NCBI GenBank assembly: GCA_963788655.1 | Contig: CAWBHS010000009.1 | Coordinates: 42,115 to 106,114, forward strand | DNA: 64,000 bases | Direction of reading: 5' to 3' | Source: an uncultured Verrucomicrobiae bacterium | Lineage (GTDB): Bacteria > Verrucomicrobiota > Verrucomicrobiia > Limisphaerales > JAFGQR01 | Shown: positions 56,093-64,000 of the stretch, piece after piece | How the letters are laid out: each line of letters opens with the position of its first letter | How positions within the stretch are numbered: the stretch's first letter is position 1 | Program-made: the position numbers and the translations under genes | The notes under the pieces: model-generated | The model's database searches: none | What the model was told of the DNA's origin: nothing | Seen by the model: the letters and a program-made list of their open reading frames with translations, nothing else

Positions 56093-57364
56093 TCAATGGC
56101 GCGAGGTGATCAGGACGATGCCCTGGCCGGGCCGCAACGCGTAATGGAACGGCTCATGGATGTAGTCCAGCGGATACTCGGGGGAAATATCCCGCAGCGC
56201 TGCGCGGGATTGGAGGAAGTGCCGGAAATGATCCGTGTAAAACTCCTGATAGTTCCAGGGATCCTGGTTCAAGATGAGCAGGACTTCATCCCGGTGCCGG
56301 GTCGAGGCTTTCCACAATAACAGCACATTCGGATTGGGGCCTGGCAGAACGTTGACGGGACTTTCTTCCTGAAAGACGGCATGCTGTTGTTTGAGGGCAT
56401 TGACCGCCGTGACATACCCGCACAGGTCGATCCCGGTGACTTCCCAATCCGCCGGTGTGGTGCGGACCACGTGCAACGGTTTTCGAAACCCAAATTCAAA
56501 GCCGATCGGCATCATCACTCCGGCCGAGAAGAGGGCGGCGAAAAGATACCGTTGTTTCAGGGCGTTGACATTGCCATGCATCTCCTCGCACAGCCGAGGG
56601 GTATCATGGCTCTCGGGAAAGCTAATCGACGGCGCGGTTTCCCGGATGAGGTTGTATTGCTCGATGAGCCAGTAGTCCTGGAAGTTCCACCACTTGGAAC
56701 TGTTGAACACATAGTCGAATCCCGCGCCGGCCGTCAGCTTGGTCTGGTCGGGTTTGCAGCCCAGGGTCTCGGCCACAAAGCAGGTGTGCGGATGCCGTGA
56801 CTTGATTTCCTGGATGAGGCGGCGCCAGAACGAACGCGGCACCTGGTAGGCCGCGTCACAGCGGAAGCCGGCGAAGCCCAACGACACCAGATATTCCACC
56901 ACCCGGAGGCAATAGCGATAGAGGCCCTCCGGATCACGGGTGTGACGATGGTTGAATTGCGCCAGGTCTTTCCAGACGACCTTCTGCCGGTCATCGTGGC
57001 AGCCGGGATGGGCGATTTTCCCGTCGCGCCGTTGCACAAACCATTCCGGGTGTTCGCGGGTCAGCGGCGAGTCGAAGGCGCAGTGATTGATCACCAAGTC
57101 GATCATCATCTTCAAGCCCATCGCGCGGGCCTGGCGGATGGTCTGGCGCACCTGTTCCTCGGCGGTCGCGCGGCTGTCCGGATCCAAAAACGCGGGGTTG
57201 AACCGAAAATAATCGACCACCGAGTAGAGGCTGCCCGATCCGCCCGGTTGCTGGATTGGATTGAGGAACACCCAGTCAAATCCCATCGCCGCCGCCCGGG
57301 CCAGATGTTCGTTCCATCGGGAAAATGGCCCCGCCAGCCGGGGAAACAGATTATAAAGAATCAT
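56093..57364 (-). CDS. GH13 alpha-amylase family protein
   Basis: DLVINH, GFRCDAAY, AETLG and ESHDT catalytic regions. Confidence 0.95.
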   Translation of the reverse strand: MILYNLFPRLAGPFSRWNEHLARAAAMGFDWVFLNPIQQPGGSGSLYSVVDYFRFNPAFLDPDSRATAEEQVRQTIRQARAMGLKMMIDLVINHCAFDSPLTREHPEWFVQRRDGKIAHPGCHDDRQKVVWKDLAQFNHRHTRDPEGLYRYCLRVVEYLVSLGFAGFRCDAAYQVPRSFWRRLIQEIKSRHPHTCFVAETLGCKPDQTKLTAGAGFDYVFNSSKWWNFQDYWLIEQYNLIRETAPSISFPESHDTPRLCEEMHGNVNALKQRYLFAALFSAGVMMPIGFEFGFRKPLHVVRTTPADWEVTGIDLCGYVTAVNALKQQHAVFQEESPVNVLPGPNPNVLLLWKASTRHRDEVLLILNQDPWNYQEFYTDHFRHFLQSRAALRDISPEYPLDYIHEPFHYALRPGQGIVLITSRH

Positions 57365-57667
57365 GCGAGATCGCTGGTTGCACGGCGTACAATGCCGGAA
57401 TACTCGCGGGCTGAACTGCGTTCAATGGCCGCGAAGCGGAGGAATCAATGTGCTCGATAACCAACATAATTTGCTGGGCTACAATGCCTAACATGAGCTG
57501 GCGGAAGCAATCCTTGATTCGGCGAAAACGCTGAAATTCCTCTCCACCGGACTTTCCTCGCTTGGGCGCCATCTTGGACTTCACTTTGGGCTTGCACTTG
57601 GCCGGCGACCTTCCATTGTCTGCATCCAGCGGTTCGAACCGCCTAAGATTTAAGGGAAAGAAAACGT

Positions 57668-58282
57668 ATGTCCAAAAACAGAAATCAAGATCGCAAGAAC
57701 ACCAAACCGCCGGCGACCACCAAACCGGCCGAGGCTCCGAAAGCCACCCAAGCGGCGGCTACGCATATCCAACCTCCCTCTCCCGCCGTGACGCCCCCGA
57801 AACGACCGGCGTCCGCGCCCGTAAATCCACCGGCAGTGTCAACGCCTTCCCAATCGCGTGCTCCGGTGATATTGAACTCGACTGCCGCCAGCGCCGCCGC
57901 GGCCAAACCGGCGCCGGCACCCGTCCCGGCGACCAAACCCGTAGCGGCTACTGCTGCGCCAGCGACAAAGCCGTCGGTGCAACCCGCACCGTCCAAAGCG
58001 CCGGCGCCGGCAGTACCGGACGTGGTCAAAGTGCCGTTCGCGCTTCAGGCGCCATCGGCCCGGCAGGTTTGGGTGTGTGGCGACTTCAATCAATGGTCGC
58101 CCGAGGCCTCACCGCTGAAACGGAAAGACAGCGGACTCTGGGAAACCACCTTGAGCCTCAAGCCGGGACGTTACCAATACAAGTTCGTGGCGGACGACCA
58201 GTGGACGCACGATCCGAATGCGCGCGAGAACGTGCCCAACATGCATGGCTCGCTCAATTCGGTGATCGAAGTGCGCGCCTGA
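57668..58282 (+). CDS. Glycogen-binding (CBM48/AMPK-type) protein with a Pro/Ala-rich N terminus
   Basis: VWVCGDFNQW, GLWETTLSLKPGRYQYKFVADDQW, NSVIEV. Confidence 0.9.
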   Translation: MSKNRNQDRKNTKPPATTKPAEAPKATQAAATHIQPPSPAVTPPKRPASAPVNPPAVSTPSQSRAPVILNSTAASAAAAKPAPAPVPATKPVAATAAPATKPSVQPAPSKAPAPAVPDVVKVPFALQAPSARQVWVCGDFNQWSPEASPLKRKDSGLWETTLSLKPGRYQYKFVADDQWTHDPNARENVPNMHGSLNSVIEVRA

Positions 58283-58287
58283 CCCGC

Positions 58288-58468
58288 AACGTGCTGCCGG
58301 CATCCTGCCGGCAGACCGAACGGAAGAGGACGCCGCAAGCTGGCCAGAAGCGTCGAGCGCACCAAACACCTCGGGTGTTGGCATCGTTCGGATGTTCTTG
58401 GTGTTTCCGTTTCTGCCGGCGGGACGACGGCAAGGTGCTGCCGGCATCCTGCCGGCAGTTTGGAACGT
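58288..58468. repeat. REP-like palindromes of the same family as the 24.1-24.6 kb array
   Basis: GTGCTGCCGGCATCCTGCCGGCAG twice, with an inverted degenerate copy between them. Confidence 0.85.
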
Positions 58469-58478
58469 GGCTCGCTAA

Positions 58479-58672
58479 GGCCGTGACTATTCAGTAGGAC
58501 AGGCGTCCCGCCTGTCTCGAACGACTGCAAACCATCGATTTGCTCCGCGGCGTAGGTAGTCTCTCCAAGTCATCAACAGGGGAGGATGTTCTTGGCTATT
58601 CGAGACAGGCGAGACGCCTGTCCTACCGCGCCGAATCGCATCCTCGCCGCTCCAGTTGCTAAATGAATACGG
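58479..58672. mobile_element. MITE-like element carrying a GTAG REP doublet (copy 2)
   Basis: Aligns end to end with 9107-9299; TAA on both flanks (58476-58478, 58673-58675). Confidence 0.8.
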
Positions 58673-58862
58673 TAAAGTAAGGCTGGCGTCCCCCCGTTGG
58701 AAGCCGATCTTGTTTTTGTTTCTGCTGGTGAGACGACGGCAGCACATCTTGACTCGTTGCTGGTGTGCGCCGGCGGTCAATTCCATTCAGCTCTTGCTGT
58801 TCAGCATTCCCCAATGCGGGGCTAACGGCCTTTGCTATGCCGGCCTCGCTCTTTGCACCTTA

Positions 58863-58994
58863 GCGCCTGTTTTAAAACTCCAGCCGGTCCGTAGCAGCCG
58901 ACGTGAGGAGGCTCATTTTTCCTCGGAAAACCGCGATGCGTCCGCGATGAATGAGCCTCCTTACGTTGGCTGCTACCATTTTTCAAACAGGCTC
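58863..58994. mobile_element. 132-bp MITE with IS5-like terminal inverted repeats (copy A)
   Basis: GCGCCTGTTT ... AAACAGGCTC; TTA duplicated (58860-58862, 58995-58997, the latter being the GH57 stop codon); internal GTAGCAGCCGACGTGAGGAGGCTC doublet. Confidence 0.88.
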
Positions 58995-60179
58995 TTACTC
59001 GTTGGTGCCCCCGCTTTGCTTCAAAATCGCCCAGGCTTCATCCAGGTCACGATGGCACCGGGGCACCCAGTCTTCGCCCCAAAAGAAATTGCAACTGGTC
59101 TGCGCCCGGAGCAGCCGCCAATGCGCTTCCGAGAGTTGATGGCGCAACGCAGCACTGTCCCCGCTCATCGTGGCGGCGTGTTGCAACGCTTCGTGCAGCA
59201 CCCGGCTGGTTTCCGCCACCCGCTGCCAGGCATCTTTTTGCACTTGGGAGCCGGTCCATTGGACAAAGCCCGTGCCGTCGTGCCACCCTGTGTTCCAGGC
59301 CCCGGTCCGCACACGCACCTCGCCGTGGGCTCCGTGCTCGTTCAGGTAATCGTCGATGAAAATCGGCCGCACTTCGGTCTCGCCGCGCCGCACGCAATCC
59401 AGCAGCGGCTGGTATAGGACGCCCCAGAAGTTGCCCTTCATCGAGACATTGCGGAACCAACCGCCGTTGTCGCCGTCGCTGCCCGTGGTCACCAGCGGGG
59501 GGAAGTCGCAGTGCTGCGTCCGGGAGTGCAATTCCTGCATGAACCAGCCGCAGTCCATGCCGGCTTCCTGCGAGTTGGACAGTTCCCGGTCCCGCACGAT
59601 CACCACGATTTCTTCCCCGTCATGCCGGGCCACGTGGGGGCGATAGCGGAGTTCGTCCCAGCGCATGGGGGTGACCGGTTCCACGTGCTGGCTATCGACA
59701 ATGACGTACCGGTAGCCGAGCTTTTTGAGCGTGGGAATCAGTTCCATGCAAAAGCCCATCTCCGGGGGCCAGAAGCCGGGAAAGTGCGGGCGCCAAAACA
59801 GATGCCGGGCCAGACCCTGCCAGCGGCTGAGTTGTTCCTCCCAATCGGCGCAAGGAATCAGCGGGAACACCGGGTGATAATAACCGGTGCCGAGGATTTG
59901 GATGTTCCGCCCGTTTTGCAGGTGCCAGAGCAGGTCTCCGCACTTGACGATGCCATACACCCGTTCCTGGAATTCCGGCCGGACCAACGTTTCCAACAAC
60001 GTGCCCGAAAGCGACAGATGCACCCGCCCGAGGTCTTCGTACTCCCAGAGCGCTCGCGGAATGCGGTCGAGCGCGAGGAGAATTTCCTTCACTGCCCATT
60101 CATCGGTTTCCAGCAAGGATTCGAGGTTGCCGGACGGCTGGTGCAGGTTCAACACCAGTGCGTGGAATACAGTGCCCAT
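58995..60179 (-). CDS. GH57 family glycoside hydrolase
   Basis: LNLHQP, SLSGTLLE, YYHPVFPLIP, GFWPPEMGF, SDGDNGGW, AQTSCNFFW. Confidence 0.93.
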   Translation of the reverse strand: MGTVFHALVLNLHQPSGNLESLLETDEWAVKEILLALDRIPRALWEYEDLGRVHLSLSGTLLETLVRPEFQERVYGIVKCGDLLWHLQNGRNIQILGTGYYHPVFPLIPCADWEEQLSRWQGLARHLFWRPHFPGFWPPEMGFCMELIPTLKKLGYRYVIVDSQHVEPVTPMRWDELRYRPHVARHDGEEIVVIVRDRELSNSQEAGMDCGWFMQELHSRTQHCDFPPLVTTGSDGDNGGWFRNVSMKGNFWGVLYQPLLDCVRRGETEVRPIFIDDYLNEHGAHGEVRVRTGAWNTGWHDGTGFVQWTGSQVQKDAWQRVAETSRVLHEALQHAATMSGDSAALRHQLSEAHWRLLRAQTSCNFFWGEDWVPRCHRDLDEAWAILKQSGGTNE

Positions 60180-60399
60180 GCGCGAGTTTCCTATAAGATG
60201 CCCAATCGACGGTCAAGCTTCGATACCGGCCGGCGTTGGCCCAGCCCTTTCTGGAATGCCTGAATCACCGTGGTAATCTGCGCCATGGTCGGTTCTCGAC
60301 CGCCGCGTCCGTGCTTCACCAATCTGCGGCGGGAAGTCCGTGCAGGCGCCCAGAAACCGATTCGCTCCTCGGCCGTCATCCGCCATTCGGCGCGCCTGC

Positions 60400-60768
60400 A
60401 TTTCAACTTGATCGCTCATTGGAATTACCAATTTCCCAGGCTCCAGCGGCTTGGTCCGCTGCGCCCAGACGATGAAGTTTAAGCGACGACAATGCGATGA
60501 TTGACGTCGCTGCGACCCCCGCAGAAGCAGTTGACTTACCAGCGAATGGTGACGCCGAAACTTTGCTGCTGCCGCTCAGAGCCTGTTTTAAAACTCCATC
60601 CGATCTGTAGCAGCCGACGTGAGGAGGCTCATTATATTTTGGAAAACCGTGCTGCGTTCGACAAGCATGAGCCTCCTTACGTCGGCTGCTACCATTTTTC
60701 AAACAAGCTCTCAGGCAGCGGCGCTTGCGCCAACGACGGGGACCAATCGGAAAACTCATGCTCTTCAT
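60400..60768 (-). pseudogene. Degenerate N-terminal remnant of a probable integron integrase, interrupted by a MITE
   Basis: With the MITE removed and frameshifts allowed: MKSMSFP/DWSPSLAQAPLPE|RQQQSFGVTIRW*...GRSDVNH.../NFIVWAQRTKP. This resembles, from memory, the N-terminal extension of long verrucomicrobial IntI proteins; it sits divergently next to the attI-like site. No catalytic domain is visible. Confidence 0.5.
60579..60710. mobile_element. 132-bp MITE with IS5-like terminal inverted repeats (copy B)
   Basis: GAGCCTGTTT ... AAACAAGCTC; TCA duplicated (60576-60578, 60711-60713); same length and internal REP doublet as copy A. Confidence 0.9.
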
Positions 60769-60987
60769 GGTCGTCGGTTTTGCCGGTTCAATCGCGTCCG
60801 GATAAACCGACAATTCGTCGGTTTATCGGGACGCAACAACATTGATTACCCAAGCCTCGGCGGCCCTGCAAATCGCGGCAAATCAGGCAGCTAATCGCTT
60901 GACTGGCCGAGCCAAGGCAGTTTATTAATCCCAGCGAAGCAGACGAAGTGGAACGTTAACGGAAGCTTTCGGATAAACCAACGATTT

Positions 60988-61010
60988 GCAGTTTATTAAC
61001 ACTGTTAGGC
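60988..61010 (+). other. attI-like integron recombination site
   Basis: TTATTAACACT-GTTAGGC core with no preceding attC hairpin; GTTAGGCCA is complementary to TGGCCTAAC at the end of cassette 1. Confidence 0.65.
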
Positions 61011-61047
61011 CATTTATTACCATATCTTTCAAACATCGTCTTTCTCC

Positions 61048-61443
61048 ATGAACAATTCTCGAAAAAAATGTCCCAATTCACTTTGCCTGTTTTGGGATCT
61101 CTTCCTGCGATGCTACGAGCTTCCAACCTCGGATTACGCAGCCTCAAAATCAGATGCGCAAGCACTGATCCCACTTCTGGCTTTAGCGGCCACTGAGGAT
61201 GCGGCCATGTCCATAATATTGTTGAATCCAGAAGCATCAAAAAGTTTACTGTACGCGACGGCTTTGAAAGCCATCCAGTGTGGTTATGTAGAATCACTTG
61301 CTGCCATAGCAGAGGCCAGGAAACCACGGTACACGAATGGGAATAGGCTGGCTTTCATCCCATCGAAGTATTCTGTAGAGAAGCGGTCGAGGGTCTGGCC
61401 TAACCAGGCGACGCACCGAACCGCCGGCCCGCTGGTCAGTTGA
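61048..61443 (+). CDS. Cassette 1 hypothetical protein (frame and strand uncertain)
   Basis: 131 aa ORF in low-GC DNA between the attI-like site and attC1, running into attC1. Confidence 0.4.
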   Translation: MNNSRKKCPNSLCLFWDLFLRCYELPTSDYAASKSDAQALIPLLALAATEDAAMSIILLNPEASKSLLYATALKAIQCGYVESLAAIAEARKPRYTNGNRLAFIPSKYSVEKRSRVWPNQATHRTAGPLVS

Positions 61444-61506
61444 CGCTGACGTTTTGGTTTGTGGCTTCATGGTAGTTCTCGGCTGTCGGTGGTCTTGGCG
61501 TTAGCC
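61398..61506 (+). other. attC site 1
   Basis: GCCTAAC ... CACCGAACCGCCG / CGGCTGTCGGTG ... GTTAGCC. Confidence 0.85.
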
Positions 61507-61531
61507 AAAAGAACACCAACGATCATCCCCA

Positions 61532-61813
61532 ATGCAAAATCCAAAAGATGCAATTCGCAATCATTCGGAGGCGGTTCTCCTAGACATGGATAACCGGCCT
61601 CTCGCCACCGGTCCAGCACTTGTTTTCCCCACACACGCATCTGGGGAGTTCTACCCGCAAACCAGTTTTCAAATGAGCAGTCTTCCGCAGTCAGGAACAT
61701 CCCTGAAAACGTCAGACGGCCATCATTATCATAAGCTGACGCCGGACAATCAAATGTGCGAGGCAAAGAACAAGCCTCCGCATTTTCATTTTCGATATGA
61801 GTCTGAGACATAA
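61532..61813 (+). CDS. Cassette 2 hypothetical protein (an antisense ORF 61811-61467 is an alternative)
   Basis: Stop TAA abuts GGCTAAC of attC2. Confidence 0.45.
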   Translation: MQNPKDAIRNHSEAVLLDMDNRPLATGPALVFPTHASGEFYPQTSFQMSSLPQSGTSLKTSDGHHYHKLTPDNQMCEAKNKPPHFHFRYESET

Positions 61814-61916
61814 GGCTAACCAGGTCACTGCACCGAACGGGAGGCAGCCGCGTCGGCGCGAGTTTGGTTTTCAACGTTACCGGCGGCTGCCTCCCGTCGG
61901 TGAGTTCGGTCGTTAG
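61814..61916 (+). other. attC site 2, core interrupted by intron
   Basis: GGCTAAC ... ACTGCACCGAACGGGAGGCAGCCG / CGGCTGCCTCCCGTCGGTGAGT ... GTTAG. Confidence 0.9.
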
Positions 61917-62734
61917 TTGTGACATGAAGTCGCATTCATCACTGCTGAGCATGGGCAACCTGACTCAGTCCTGCCTTTCGCGGCAGGTATTCCAGGGAAG
62001 CATGCGTTGGACGGGCGGCCGCAAGGCTACTGTCCAGGGTGTGAAGCCTTCCCGACAATGTAGCCAGCCTGGGAGCCTCAATCCGGGTGCGGCGCTAGAA
62101 TCGGATGGTAGGGTCAACCCATGTGAACACTTGCAAGCATCGTCAGAGGAACGAGCCAAACGAGGCTGTTTTAAGGCTCCGGCCAAAACAAGGCCAGCGG
62201 TCAGGTTCGGGCTGTCTAACGTAGCCCGACGCGAATGTTGCACCGCCGGTGTAGAGAGTGGACCTAACCCATCCTGTGGAGAATGCGGAACATGGAAAAG
62301 CTGCCAGTTCCCGCCTGGAGAGTATCCAGGCAAGCCGACCGCAAGGCAGGCCCAGGGGAGGCAGCATGAAGAGGATCGAACAAGCCAAGGCCGGTCGGTA
62401 ATGGACCGGATATGCCCACGTCGATCTGGTGTCTCCTGGCAAGAAAATCAGCGGAACCCCTTCAAGCGAGAGAAGCATAGGACGAGCGACGCCCGTCGCT
62501 TGGTGCCTCTCGGTGCTGCGGCCCAAAGGAGCCGAGCGCGATATGGCCGCCGACCGGTATTGCCAAGTGGGATTGGGAAGGTCCATGACGCCTTTGGGTG
62601 TCACCGGCCTCCTGGTTACGCGGGTCCCCCGCATCCGGGGTGGCCTTGGAGAGGCTTGAGCCGTGATGAAGGGAAACTTTCAAGTCCGGTTCTTAGGGGG
62701 GCGTGGGCGGGTAACCGCCTACGCCTACCCGGCT
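61917..62734 (+). ncRNA. ORF-less group II intron (IIB/CL1-like), copy 1
   Basis: 5' TTGTGACATGAAGTCGC; domain V GAGCCGTGATGAAGGGAAACTTTCAAGTCCGGTTC (AGC triad, GAAA loop); domain VI GGCGTGGGCGGGTAACCGCCTACGCCTACCCGGC; no RT motifs; removal restores GTTAGCCGCAC. Confidence 0.9.
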
Positions 62735-62757
62735 CCGCACTCCGCGCTCACCAAGCG

Positions 62758-63363
62758 ATGACGCCCAAACTCAAGAGACGACTTTCAATTTCTGTTGCCG
62801 TCCTCGCTGCGATTGTCGCGTTGTGCTGCTTTTATGTTCGCACGCATCCTTTGGTGTTTAACGAGTCGTTCTTGGGACACGCACACTGCATGAAGGGGGG
62901 CGGTCTGGGTTTGATGAGTTACGCTCACGAGCATGGCGGACAGTATCCGTTTCACACGAATGGGTATGGAGACGCGCTTCTCCTCGTCAACGATGGTTGG
63001 GACGCGGCACTGACAGGGCCAGGCTACGACACACAGGTTTTCGAGCGAGCACGCAAGACAGGCGAGGACGCTCCAGAGAGCGAGTTTGGCCGAGTGTATG
63101 TGCAGGGATTGAGTGACACGAACGACTCGGAGATTGCCATACTGTTCGACAAGCTCCCGACTCCCGGCGGCGACCACTGCCATCTCTTTCGCCGGATGAC
63201 TGCTCCTCTCGGCCGCGAGATTTGGACTATCGGCGCTGGGATGAGGTTTATTCCAGAGAACCGCTGGCCAGCATTCGCGAAGGAACAGATTGAGTTGCTT
63301 GTCGCCGCTGGTATTGCGCGAGAGCAGGCAGAGAGGTATTACTCGGAGAGTCCGAGAAGATGA
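62758..63363 (+). CDS. Cassette 3 protein with N-terminal TM/signal segment, weakly like a prepilin-associated (DUF1559-type) body
   Basis: MTPKLKRRLSISVAVLAAIVALCCF...HCMKGGGLGLMSYAHEHGGQYP; stops 10 nt before attC3. Confidence 0.8.
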   Translation: MTPKLKRRLSISVAVLAAIVALCCFYVRTHPLVFNESFLGHAHCMKGGGLGLMSYAHEHGGQYPFHTNGYGDALLLVNDGWDAALTGPGYDTQVFERARKTGEDAPESEFGRVYVQGLSDTNDSEIAILFDKLPTPGGDHCHLFRRMTAPLGREIWTIGAGMRFIPENRWPAFAKEQIELLVAAGIAREQAERYYSESPRR

Positions 63364-63661
63364 AAAACCGTGCGGCTAACCAGATCACTGCACCGAAACG
63401 CGGGCGGGCGATGTCAGTTGCCAATTCGCACGCACTCGACCGCCCGCGTCGGTGAGTTCTGTCGTTCGGTGTCGGCTTGCGATTCTCCGCGGCCCACACG
63501 AGTTGCCGCAGGCTTCCGGCAAAGTTTTGGTGCGCACACACCAAGTCCTCAAAGTGCGCGGCTTCACGGTGCGCGCCACGCGCCCGATTCCGCTCCTCGC
63601 GCTTGATGTATTCTTTGGCCCACGCCTCGCTGTCTTCGATGAGTGGTTTCAGCTTCGACAC
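63248..63661 (-). CDS. Possible inverted ORF of the short cassette 4
   Basis: VSKLKPLIEDSEAWAKEYIKREERNRARGAHREAAHFEDL... looks helical, but the frame runs across attC3. Confidence 0.3.
   Translation of the reverse strand: MSKLKPLIEDSEAWAKEYIKREERNRARGAHREAAHFEDLVCAHQNFAGSLRQLVWAAENRKPTPNDRTHRRGRSSACELATDIARPRFGAVIWLAARFFIFSDSPSNTSLPALAQYQRRQATQSVPSRMLASGSLE
63374..63470 (+). other. attC site 3
   Basis: GGCTAAC ... ACTGCACCGAAACGCGGGCGG / CCGCCCGCGTCGGTGAGT ... GTTCGGT. Confidence 0.9.
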
Positions 63662-63665
63662 CGAC

Positions 63666-63765
63666 ACCGAACCACGCGCTGCTGCCAACAGGGTGGGGCG
63701 TTTACGTTTTGGTTTCATTCGTGAGTCTCCTTCGCCCCACCCTGCGGCAGAGCTTGGTCGTTAGG
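63666..63765 (+). other. attC site 4, core followed by intron copy 2
   Basis: ACCGAAC ... CTGCCAACAGGGTGGGGCG / CGCCCCACCCTGCGGCAG ... GTTAGG; CCGACACCGAAC is complementary to the cassette start GTTCGGTGTCGG. Confidence 0.88.
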
Positions 63766-64000
63766 TTGTGACATGAAGTCGCATTCATCACTGCTGAGCA
63801 TGGGCAACCTGACTCAGTCCTGCCTTTCGCGGCAGGTATTCCAGGGAAGCATGCGTTGGGCGGGCGGCCGTAAGGCTACTGTCCAAGGTGTGAAGCCTTC
63901 CCGACAATGTAGCCAGCCTGGGAGCCTCAATCCGGGTGGGCCCCGGCGCTAGAATTGGATGGTAGGGTCAACCCACGTGAACACTCGCAAGCATCGTCAG
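63766..64000 (+). ncRNA. Group II intron copy 2 (5' part, runs off window)
   Basis: Matches 61917-62146 with 6 substitutions and one 5-nt insertion. Confidence 0.9.

Noticed and set aside
58656..59417. 253-aa plus-strand ORF
   Set aside because: Made of MITE sequence plus the antisense of the GH57 gene.
61864..63363. 499-aa ORF as an intron-encoded reverse transcriptase
   Set aside because: No RT motifs; it is read-through of intron RNA into the cassette 3 gene that starts at ATG 62758.

Overview
GC-rich bacterial chromosomal window. Gene content (prepilin/H-X9-DG proteins, Ig-rich secreted proteins with RFYR-type tails, many palindromic repeats) suggests Verrucomicrobiota; this is an inference. 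Many genes carry single-base frameshifts, most simply long-read consensus errors. Housekeeping and accessory genes: proB, mazG, panC, nadB, a glycogen/alpha-glucan cluster, a ~9 kb secreted metallophosphoesterase gene, an LtaS-like gene and a 17 kb MoxR/DUF58/VWA operon. Most unusual: (1) at the right end, an integron with a decayed, MITE-interrupted putative intI remnant, an attI-like site and four attC cassettes, in which a group II intron (an ~818 nt ORF-less copy plus a second copy cut by the window edge) sits in the attC GTTRRR core and carries a complementary CCUAAC EBS1-like loop; (2) palindromic repeat arrays inside the MoxR operon that are read through as open frames joined to the neighbouring genes by ATGA/GTGA overlaps, one containing an antisense DUF559 endonuclease; (3) several REP doublets wrapped in IS-like terminal inverted repeats with 3-bp target duplications.
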